A DNA stretch of 64,000 nucleotides from Eledone cirrhosa (taxonomy: Eukaryota): assembly GCA_964016885.1 (NCBI GenBank), contig OZ024740.1:122946001-123010000 (forward strand). The letters are read 5' to 3'. The position numbers and the translations under genes are program-made. The notes under the pieces are model-generated. The model did not search any database, had not been told where the DNA came from, and saw only the letters and a list, made by a program, of their open reading frames with translations. The number at the start of each line of letters is the position of its first letter. The first letter of the stretch is position 1. Below, piece after piece: positions 12,182 through 22,881 of this stretch.

Positions 12182-14551
12182 CCCCATCTCCCCAGTCACC
12201 CTAGATAAAGTGCTAACCTTTGCCCAGAACAACTCAGACCTAACCTCTGATGAAATTAGAATAATACTAGCTGCTAGGAGTACTATCATTAGATTCGAAA
12301 ATAGTTACTGGGAACGAACAGCTTCGATATCACAATGGGATCTAGCGACTCAGTACAGGTAACAGACATAGTTGGAATATATATAGCGCATAACTTACAT
12401 AAGGAATTTAATAACCTCCAAGGACGAATTTATAGAGATGACACACTGCTTTGAGCTAAAAACTTAAATAATCAAAACATGGAAAGCTTACAGAAAAACA
12501 TCAGAGTCTTCTTCAACAAACTAGGCCTAAGTATCACTTTCGAACTTAACTCTAAAAGAGCAAACTTCTTAGATGTAACACTCAACCTAAACACAGGACT
12601 AATAGAGCCCTTCCATAAAAATAACGATAATCTAGCCTACATAAGTTATAACTCAAACCACCCTCACTCCATAATTAACTCCATATCAGATAATATATCC
12701 CTCAGAATATCCCGCCTATCTTCTAACATAGAGATTTTTAATGAACACGCAGCAACAACAAACCTAACGACAGCTACACTACCCACACCTATAGAAATAA
12801 CAAACATAGAACTAAACATAGAAATAGACAATGAGCACCAGAAATAACTGAACCGAATACTAATACAGGGACCCCTAGGAACTATAGAATATCCAGAGAT
12901 AGGAAATACTTATGGTTCAATCAAATATTCAACTCTTCTATAAAAAACAAACTACCTTCTGCATTCTTTAAGCTGATTGACAAACACTTCCCTAAACTAC
13001 ACAAATACCATAGAATCTTTAGCAGAAAAACTATAAAACTATCTTACTCTACGGCAGCCAACATAGAATCACACATACATAAAATCAACTATAAAAGAAT
13101 CTCTAAAGAAAATAACCTACCAACATACACCATAGCACCAAATACAAAATGCAAACACATAACAACATCACAACCACACACAAATCAGGGTGCATCGCAA
13201 CAAAACATCAATAAGCCTAAATCTCAGCCCATCCATAACAACATACAAAACCGCAACGGAGAACCTGCACACAGGAAGGCCTCCAACTGTAACTGCCACC
13301 TGCCAGATAAGTTCCCACTACAAAATAGATGCCTGGAATCAAGTATGGTGTACCTGTGTACTATAAATTTGGGCAACTTAACATGGCACTACATAGTTTC
13401 CATGGCTGGGGAATTCAAAAAAGATGGTACGTACACAGACACTCTATGAAGAACCGTAGACTAGAGAATTCAACAACGCTGGCCAAGAAAATCTGGCAGC
13501 TTAAGGACACAAACCAAGAATATGCGATTAGTTGGTCGAAATTATCAGGAGCAAGGGAATGTCCCACTGCGGACTTTGCAATATGGAGCTGTTCCATATT
13601 TGAAAGTATGATAAAATGCTGCTTAACAGCAAAATAGAAAGATCAATTTTCTGTAGGCACAAAGCAGCTACCAAGTTCACAAATTTCAAACCAACATGAT
13701 TCGATCCAGTAATCTCAGAATTCAAGCTGAACCACCCGAATTGTAATGTACTGACTACATACCATCCCACTGTTATTAGCTGTGAACTGACCAACTGGTC
13801 ACTAGATCAACATCATAAATCTCCTAACCTTTCTTTCACTCCCTCTCCCTAAAGCCACATCACCCCCATTAAGATAAGACAATCAGCATGCTAGACATTT
13901 ACCACACACACACACATTTATCAACACTCTCCCTCTCAATATTTATTCTATATCTACCTATCTACTCCTTCCCCGTCCTTAGCCCTACCCCTTATGTTTC
14001 ATCCTCGTATCTCTTCCCCTCTCACTTAATTTTTAATTTATTATTTTTTATCTTTTATCTGTCATTTGTTACTATTTTTTTATTTTCTACTCTAACTCTT
14101 TGAGATTTGACTACCAGGTATGTATGCATGTATTTAATGTTGCTTTTCATATTAGTATTATCTCTACCCTCACCATGTCTTTAAACATACACTTACTCAC
14201 CACTGTAACTTTAATCACCACCACGACTCTTATCAGGAATCCTATTCTGTACTTATTTTTTTACTTATTTTTCATCTGTATCATCTTCATTCTAACTTCT
14301 TTACTTCTTAATTATTATCTATTATTATTGATGTTATGGTTTTGATTCTCCGCTGTATCTATATATACTAATGCCATATGTAAAACCTCCAGTATTCAGA
14401 TGATTTGATCAGAGGTAAACACTGTATTTAAGGTCGAGTGACACAACTTCGAATGATCAGCGGTTTTTACACTCACCTTATCAATGAAACAATTGTTAAT
14501 ACTTGAAATAAAACCCTTTTTGTACAACCGACCATGTTATTCATCAAACTT

Positions 14552-14555
<4 letters not shown>
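12182..14555 (+). mobile_element. Penelope-like element PLE-1 (5'-truncated RT + C-terminal GIY-YIG endonuclease, disrupted)
   Basis: RT motifs YRDD (12431), ANFLDVTLNL, YISYNSNHP, WFN; Cys linker CNC..PL..C; VY..YI GIY-YIG-like motifs, KRWYVH, STTLAKKIWQLK, CRHK. AATAAA at 14507; ends at (TA)n. Several stops and frameshifts. Confidence 0.92.
14391..14503 (+). ncRNA. Type I hammerhead-ribozyme-like motif (variant core) in the PLE-1 3' end
   Basis: Stem I AGTATT(14391-96)/AATACT(14498-503); core CAGATGA (14397-403); stem II TTGAT/ATCAA with a long imperfect extension; GAAAC-AATT-GT-T. PLE termini are known to carry hammerheads. Confidence 0.7.
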
Positions 14556-14584
<29 letters not shown>

Positions 14585-14588
<4 letters not shown>

Positions 14589-14921
14589 TCCTCATTTTAC
14601 GTCCGCTTTTTCCTGTTTGCAAAGGTGGGACAGGAGCTGATTCTGGCTTGATTTCTACAGCTGGATGCCCTTCCTAACACCAACCTCATTTACAGTGAGT
14701 GCTGGGTGCTTTTTTTCCATGGTACCTACACGGCCACTTTACAGTGTGGGTTGGGCGCTTTTTTGCCGTGGCACCTCCACAACCACATTGCATTTCTACA
14801 GCTGAGTAAACTGGAGCAATGTGAAATAAAGTGTCTTGCTCAAAGAAACAACACATCACCCGGTCTGAGAATTGAACTCACAACCTTTCGATTGCAAGGC
14901 CAATGCTCTAACCACTAAGCC
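14585..14921 (-). mobile_element. Composite SINE: tRNA head + middle motif + RTE 3' tail
   Basis: tRNA-like head (14860-14921, A/B-box-like on minus). The middle ggatgcccttcctaacacca also occurs at ~19650. The tail cattttacgtcc.cttttcc matches the RTE 3' end at 16688-16740. Confidence 0.8.
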
Positions 14922-16129
14922 ATATATATATATATATATATGTAAAATAATTTGCTGTATATATTTATATATATATATACATACCATACATATTTGAATC
15001 TAATTGTATTTGAATATAGGCAGAAACAGTTAATCAACTCTTTATGTTTAGGTGGTGCAATTTTGAAATTTGTGCATCCAAACCCAAATGGACCTAATAA
15101 TATTCAATCACCATAAATATCCTCACATGTTGTTCAAATGATAGATTCCTTTTGTGACCAACCTTCAAAACAAATGCTGCTTCAAGCCAATAAGGAATCC
15201 TAGAAATAACAGTCAAATTCCCACAAATTATACATTCCCATGAATGGGTCTTCTCTTTATATGTAATAATGTGATGTTATTTGTGAATACATATTTAGCC
15301 ATTGTTGTAGCAGAGTAATATATTTTGGTGATTTAGGACTACACATACTAAGCCCAAATCTGGTTAAATAAGACAACACCAACAGTATCAGCAACAACAA
15401 AGGATGGTTTTTATCTGCAATGATATCAAAGTTGTGTTAAGGGAAGTAGTTTATAATTACCTCTCAACGGCATGGAAACTCTCTTTACATTTACAGTTCA
15501 AAGACAATTCTATAACATGTTTTTCAGCACAATGGAATTAGACTAGCTTATTTCTTATTGGTTATTAAGATTACCTTATTGCTTATTTAGTCTATAGTTA
15601 GGAACATTATGGCATGATTAAATCATTATTAGCAAATATCAAACAATATGAAAATAACAGAATGCGCTATTGAAAATCAAATCAAAGTATTAATTCTACC
15701 ATTGCACAACAAACAATTAGAGTCTATGAAATAAATCTGTGTTGAACTTTTACACAAAGAATGAAAGTGCTTCAACATGGCCTCAGCCCATGGACTGGAG
15801 CACGAAAAAGAATAAAGAATGAAAATAAAATGTGGTTGTTGTTATTGTTGTTTAGCTCCAAGGTTGAGCAGGCTTATTATCAATTACATCTCAGTCATGA
15901 TTAACTTGCCTGTTTGAGTATCAGCAACCATTTTGTCCAATGTTTATTTTTTTTATTTCAAAAGGTTTAGGTGTGACATTTGTGAAAGTGCTTCAGGCTA
16001 TACACAGCCCATGGTGTGGAACAGATAGAAGAGTAAATAATTGATTCCATGCTTGATCAGAATTAGAGAACTACAGAGTTCAATTCTCCACATTCTCCCA
16101 TCTATAAGGGTATTTGATATGATTTTTCT

Positions 16130-16670
16130 AAAGCTACAATTATCTATAATGATTAAATGTTGTTACAGTTATTTTCTGTGTTTGGATTACAATTCAAATT
16201 TGAAATTATCTCCCACATTAACAAATCATGTTTGTTTACTTCTGGCTCAATCTGTTAGATATAGCTTCTTAAATTAGATGAAAACCATTGTCACTTATCT
16301 TAGGGTAGTCGTTAAATCATTCATCCAGCATTCATAAAATATAGCCACTTTTTTCTGTTCTTAAGATTATTTTAACTTGTCGTTCTAAAGCTATTGTTAC
16401 TTAAAGCGATCAACTATTGTTACAGTTATTTTCAGTATTTGGAGTCCCAAATTTTAAATCATCCAAGTGCCGCAATATATCCTATGATTTGTTTCCTTCC
16501 AGATCTCACTGCAAGCAGTTAAACATAACTCCTTAAATTAGAGAGATACAGAGCTTACTTCTTTGTAGTGAAAAATGGTCACTTCTTTTCAGCCTGATTG
16601 TTCTAAAAATATTATCTATGAAAATCGAAATTTTTACAGTTATTTTCTGTGCTTATCTTCCCACATTACA
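16130..16670. repeat. Old degenerate tandem duplication (~220-260-bp units)
   Basis: ttacagttattttc recurs at ~16163, ~16420 and ~16634, with shared downstream blocks (ttaaattaga, tcccacatta). Confidence 0.55.
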
Positions 16671-16687
16671 CACACACACACACGTAT

Positions 16688-19600
16688 ATCATCATCATCA
16701 TTTTACGTCCACTTTTCCCTGCTTGCAAGGATGGGACGGTTCTTATTCAGCACAGCATCTCTCCACTTGTCACAGTCCTTCGTCATCTCCACTGTGAGCT
16801 TCAGCGAGCTGAGGTCTGTTCTCACCACCTCTGCCCATGTTTTTCGTGGTCTACCTCTACCACGTCTTCCTTAACTGGCATTTCCTGGCACTTCTTCACC
16901 CAACGGTCATCCTCCATGCGCATCACATGTCCATACCACCGCAATTTCCTCTCTCGCACACTACATTCTATCCCTCTCAGATACTGTTTCACTCTCAACA
17001 CATTCATGCTGGGTCGTTCACGCACATTGACATTACACATCCAACGGAGCATGCTTGCCTCATTTCTCTCCAGCCATCGCATATCCTCTGCAGTTGCTTC
17101 CCAAGTCTCACTACCATGCAGCATCGCGCTCCTCACACAGGCATCATATAACTGGCCTTTCGTATGCAGGGAGAAACCCTTCTTCGTCATTAGAGGAAGC
17201 AGCTCCCTAAACTTCTTCCAACCTGTCCTTATCCTAGATGCTATGGCCTCGGAACACCCCCCTCCCCAGCTAATCTGAACTCCTAGGTACTGGAAGCTAT
17301 CCACCACTTCTATAGCACCCGCCTGCATTTGAAAAATGTGTCTATCAATGCGACTTCTACTGTCTAATTTCCCTGTACATCTATTGCATACGTATTTCTC
17401 CCTACCTGTTAGTTTGACTGCTATCCCACACATCTCTTGTGTACCCAGGATCTGCATTGTGTGCATTTTATAGAATGTATGCCAGTTCCTTTTCTGCATA
17501 TCGAATATGGCCATTTCCCTGACGGAATCAGAATGTTGTCCTCTTTTCTACTCATCAACCCTTTTGTCTTAGCTAGGTTCACTCTCAGTCCTCTTGCTTC
17601 CAACTTCTGTTTCCATAGCCAGAATTTATTCTCTAGCTCCTCTACTGATTCTGCTATAAGAACCAGATCGTCAGCATAGAGAAGTTCCCATGGACAGCCA
17701 ATCTTAAAAGTTTCCTTAGGGACCACCAGATGACATATAGGGGTACCCTATCAAAGGCCTTCTGTAGTTCAACAAAAGCTAAGTATAGTGGCTTATTCTT
17801 CTCTAAGAACCTCTCTTGTAATTGTCTCACCAAGAAGAGGGTATCTGTTGTACTTTTCCCAGGCACAAAACCAAACTGCATCTCATCTAGTTTTACCCTT
17901 TCTCTAATCAGTTGCGCTAATATTCTCTCTGCCACTTTCATAACCTGATCCATCAGTTTTATACCCCTATAATCGCTCCTCTCCAGAGCATCCCCTTTAA
18001 TTTTGTAGCAATTTATGAGAATACTGCTGCACCAGTCTTTGGGTATGACACCACCATATATAGCCTGATTGATGATGCGTGCAACCAGTTTAGTGCCTAC
18101 GTCCCCTGATGCCATCAGCATCTCAGCAACTATCCCCGATGGTTCAGCAGCCTTACCATTTTTCATTTCCTTAATCGCCTCTTGGATCCTATATTCGTCA
18201 ATCTCAATAGCTGGTTCCTCTGTCGGATCTACTGAGGGTTATTTCGCTCTCTCCTATTCGTTGTCCACATTCCTCAGTCTCTTATAATGACATTTCCGGG
18301 CCTCTTTTTTCCGATCATTCGTGACACTAAGTACACCGGCATCATTCTGGACACATTTATCTCCAACAACATCCTGATTTGCATTGACATACTGCCTTGC
18401 AATGTGGAACACCGCACGCCTCTGATCTTCCGATCGCAGAACATTGGCAGACCTCCTACTCTCAGCCTCCCTGTGTGCTAAGTACACCTGACGTCTAGCT
18501 TCTCCCTTAGCGGCTGTATATCCTTCTCTACAGCCACCCTTTTTCCAAGCCTTCCATGCTAGTCTTTTGTCTCTAATGCCCCTATCTATTGTGCTGTTCC
18601 ACCACCCGGTCACTCTCTGTCTGGTTGGAGCTCTGCTCCAGCCACAAGTTTCATCAGTAGCTTGCAGTAAGTTGTCACGTAAGAAATTCCAGTTACTATC
18701 TATGTCATACGACTCTAAATCGTCTTCTTTTTCGTCATACACATCTTGAAGGGCTTTCCTAAATTTGTATTTTAGTGAAAGGTCTTTTAGCTTCCAGACC
18801 TCTCTTCACCACACCTTCCTGTATGTCGCATTCCATCTCTTGCTTACAGAGATATCACTAATGACTAACCTATGCTGTGGGGTGCATTCTTCCCCAGGGT
18901 GTGCCTTGGTATTTGACACCATCTGCTTGTCCCGCTGCCTAACTAGTAAGAAGTCAATCTAGCTTATGTGCTCGCCTGATTTGTAGGTTATTAGGTGGTT
19001 GGCAGGTTTCTGGAAGTTAGCGTTGCAAATAGTCAGTGTACTTGCATAAACAAATTCAAGAAGTCTCACTCCTTCTTCATTTCTTGAGCCGTAACTGTGC
19101 CTACCATGTACCCCACTGTAATCATCCTGGAGCTGTCTAACATGAAGTCACCTGCTAGCATAACGATGCCTCTGTCCTCTGTTATTGTGGCTGTTTGTAA
19201 AAGTTGCTCGTAAAAGCAGCCTTTCTCTTCTTTGCCTAGGCCTGCTTGGAGAGCATAGGCAGAGATGATTGTCAGTAGTCTCCTGCCTAAAACTAATCTA
19301 AGCTTAATTATTTGATTATTAACTCGAACTACCTCTATTGTCTTATTGATCCATCTCTCAGCCAGGAAAATCCCTACTCCCCTTAATCCATCATCTTTAC
19401 CTACCCAGAAAAACTTATAGATAAGATGTTTGCCTACGACTATTCTCGCAGAGGCACCTCTCCATCTCCTCTCTTGCACGCAGCACACATCCACATGCCT
19501 TCTCTCTAGCATCTCCGCTATTTCACCAGATCTACTCGTGAGAGTCCACCATTAAGTGTTGTAACTCTGAGATGCAACGTCTTCATATTTTGTTGTTCCT

Positions 19601-19720
19601 ATATATTTCTTGCTGTGCTCATAATTGTTTTGGCATTGATACACTGGTTGGATGCCCTTCCTAACACCAGTGCACTTTACAGCATGGACTGGGTGCTTTT
19701 ATTCGTGCCAGCAGCACTAG
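16688..19720 (-). mobile_element. RTE-clade LINE, near full length but decayed (APE endonuclease + RT + Cys-rich region)
   Basis: APE: MLERRHVDVCCVQE, ISAYA, AGDF. RT: QFGFVPGKSTTD, KAFDRVP, LLYADDLVL, FQYLG, WYGHVMRM. (GAT)n tail at 16688-16701. Multiple frameshifts and an internal deletion at ~17720. Confidence 0.95.
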
Positions 19721-20149
19721 AGAGGATGTCTTACTGGACTCATGGGCCCTCTCTACTTCTCCATTTTACAGCATGGTCAAAACAAAAAAAACAACAAAAA
19801 ACACCACTCACGGCACACACACACTCAGTCACACACCAACACTCATGCATACAAACACACACGCCACTCACGCACCAACACTCATGCATACAAACACACA
19901 CACGCCACTCACATCCATATATTACCGTCAGTACTGATATAATATCATGTCAACTGTTGACTTTTACAGTTCAGTATTTTTATAATAATAATAATTGTTT
20001 GCTTTACAGCATAGAGCAACGGATCTTCACAGTTCGGGCCCCAAAACAAGGCACCAGCAATAATGTGGGACAATTGCTGCCCCGTGCCAAGAACAGAATA
20101 GTTATTACTATTATTATAGTTGTTTTCTTCTTTTTAAGGCCTGATCGCT

Positions 20150-20546
20150 GGTGATGGTGATGGTGATGGTGGTGGTGGTGGATGCTGTCAGTGATGGATG
20201 CTGTCAGTGATGGTGGTGGTGGTGGATGGTGTCAGTTATGGTGATGGCAGTTGTTGTTGTTGTCGTTGTTGCTGCCGTTGTTGTTGTTCATTTCACTGAT
20301 GCTGCTGTTGCAGATAATGGTGTTGTTGTTGTTGTTGTTGTTGTTGTTGTAGTTGGTGGGTTGAAATTTTGAAATTTGGTCGCTTCGTGTGTGTGATATA
20401 TACACATACTCATATATATATATATATACACATATATATATAAATATACATACACACACATTCAACACAGACAATGGTGTTGTTGCTGTTGTTGCAGTTG
20501 CTGTTGTAGTTGTTGTTGTTGCTGTGTTGAAATCTGGTTGCATCCA

Positions 20547-20620
<74 letters not shown>
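20150..20620. repeat. Compound microsatellite block (GGT/GAT, GTT, TA, CA)
   Basis: Directly visible; it accounts for the poly-N/Q/T/YI ORFs at 20232-20731. Confidence 0.95.
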
Positions 20621-20626
<6 letters not shown>

Positions 20627-21056
20627 TTCAACACAGAGAAAGGAGTTTGGCAACAGGTCAGTCACTTTAGTGTAGATAGAGTAATGACTTATGTGGTGGT
20701 GGTGGTGGTAGTAGGGAATGAGTGTAGACATTATTGTGGAGGCGGGGGGAAGTGAGATATATCAAGTTCATAGTTCACTTGTCCTTTTTCCTCTCTCTTC
20801 ATAATTTGAATTCATGGCCATTTTGCAAAGGGGGGCAGGGGAAGTAAACGTAAAATGTAAAATTTTAAATAGAGATTGCTCTGGAAAAATATATGGAACA
20901 TTTCTGTAGCTTCCACAGCTTTTGTCAGAACATTTCCCCGGCGTTCAATGAGCAAAAATGCTGTATTTTGATCTTTCAGAATACGAAAATTAATAAAAAT
21001 TTACCCCCACGAAAAACAGTGCGTTGTCCTATCTATGATCTCCCTATATATATATA

Positions 21057-22202
21057 TCATAATCTATAAAGCTCAGTGTGTGGTCATGCTCCTTTCTTAT
21101 AGAAATCTACGATATAGAATTTCTTCAATTGAAATTTACAATTCAGTATTCGAAATAGCTTCGATTGCGTCTTGGCACAGATCATTTTTTTCAATTTCAC
21201 CCAAAATTACGCAAAAAATAGATAAAACTCAATATTTTACGATTTTTCTGTCATTTAAACTGCTAAACTCTTTCCACTACCATTCAAAATCTATACAACT
21301 TCATACTTATGCTACTTTCTCCTTCCAAGCTTGATGGTGATACTGTCCGTTTTACTCTCTCATATCATCTGCTTACCTCTAACTACAACCCACATATTTT
21401 GCTACTTTCTCTTTTATACAGATACATTTATTCAACAACAAGCGATACATCTTTTTTAAAACCTCTTTTCCAAACGCATACAAACACACACTCACTTCAA
21501 CAACAACAACAACAATCTGCCTTTTATAGATAATGATAAACAATAATATCCTCTATGAGGTCACTAAACCTGCTAGAAACAGCAGATAACTCTCCCCCAT
21601 ACCACACCCCTCCCTAATATCTTAAATTTAGAAAACATATCTTCTATGAGGTCACTAAACCTGCTAGAAACAGCAGCTAATTCTCCCCCATATCACACCA
21701 CTCCCTACTGTGTTAAATTTAGAAAACACATATCCTCTATGAGGTTACTAAACCTGCTAGAAACAGCAGCTAACTCTCCCCCATATCACACCACTCCCTA
21801 CTGTCTTAAATTTAGAAAACACATATCCTCTATGAGGTCATTAAACCTGCTTGAAACAACAGCTAACTCTCCCTCATATCACAACCCTCTCTACTGTCTT
21901 AAATTTAGAAAACACACAGACAACCATGCAGAACAACTCCATCGCAGCTCTGTTGTTCGGCTGGCATCGTCTATGCACGTGTTGCGCAAGTACTGTGAAA
22001 CAATAAATTTCAACACTTTTTTGCACAGAGATAATATCCATAGGCGAAACTACAATTGTCACTGCTGGCGCAGCTCCTGCTTCCAGGTCTGCAATTCATT
22101 CACCCAGTGCTTGGCAGACAAAAAAGTGCTGCCATAAAATGGGTGGTGCAACCTAACTTTGGTAACTTAATGACCCCGAGCAATGCCGGGCTTTAATGCT
22201 AG
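21057..22202 (+). mobile_element. Non-autonomous Helitron-like element
   Basis: 3' GC hairpin CCCG-A-GC-AAT-GC-CGGG (22175-22190) followed by CTAG (22199-22202) then T. Candidate 5' A|TC at 21057. (TA)n on both sides. The 5' end is less certain. Confidence 0.7.
21546..21915 (+). repeat. Minisatellite, 4 units of ~91-93 bp
   Basis: Units atatcctctatgaggtcactaaacctgctagaaacagcag...aaatttagaaaac start near 21546, 21637, 21730 and 21823. Confidence 0.95.
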
Positions 22203-22286
22203 TATATATATATATATATATATGTTTGTATATATATATATATATATATAAATATATATGTTTGTATATATATATATATATATGTT

Positions 22287-22323
<37 letters not shown>

Positions 22324-22846
22324 GGACATTGTGTATTTTTAATTGACATACTTTTAGATTTATGCTCTGGGTGTTTCTCTGATGAGATTAAGTTTGACCA
22401 GGATCAACAAGAAAAACGATACATGGTTATATGCAGATCTTTCTGTTGTTCTTCTGATACACACCAAGTTTCCAGCAACTGTGATGGTTTTAGAAATCGT
22501 AAGTAGCAAATAACATATCATGTCATCACACTCCTTTCAATAGGCTCTTAGAATCCATACAGCTTGTTACATTTATGTACGCGAAACAGTCAGTTAAACC
22601 TTAGATAGAAGAAGTAAACAATGGAATGCCATACTTGTTTCAGTAGGATTCAGGACCATCTCACAAAGCTCGGTTGACCAAAGAATTGATGGAAGACAAT
22701 CTTCATAATCAAGTGACACCCAACATATTTCTCCCAAGCTCACTTGTTTTAAATATCCTGAAAATACAGTTGGGTTTTTGGTTGGTTGTATTTTTTTTAT
22801 CAAATGATGCAACATGTTTTCAAATATATTATGCAACCTCTCCCTT

Positions 22847-22881
<35 letters not shown>

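Noticed and set aside
12452-12454. In-frame TGA after YRDD in PLE-1 (and TGAs in the Dong ORF) as possible selenocysteine/readthrough
   Set aside because: The copies carry other stops and frameshifts, no SECIS was recognised, and point mutation explains the codons.
14860-14921. tRNA-like A/B boxes (also 54847-54905 and 36770-36800)
   Set aside because: They are SINE heads joined to SINE bodies; no complete cloverleaf.
16649-17278. 209-aa plus-strand ORF (and similar antisense ORFs over the Dong and gypsy elements)
   Set aside because: Antisense shadows of TE coding sequence.
19615-20731. Several 70-180-aa ORFs rich in H/T/N/Q/YI
   Set aside because: They are translations of microsatellites.
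21546-21915. Regularly spaced repeats suggestive of a CRISPR array; also a 163-aa ORF
   Set aside because: Whole units repeat with no unique spacers, there are no cas genes, and the context is eukaryotic. The ORF is a by-product of the 93-bp period.
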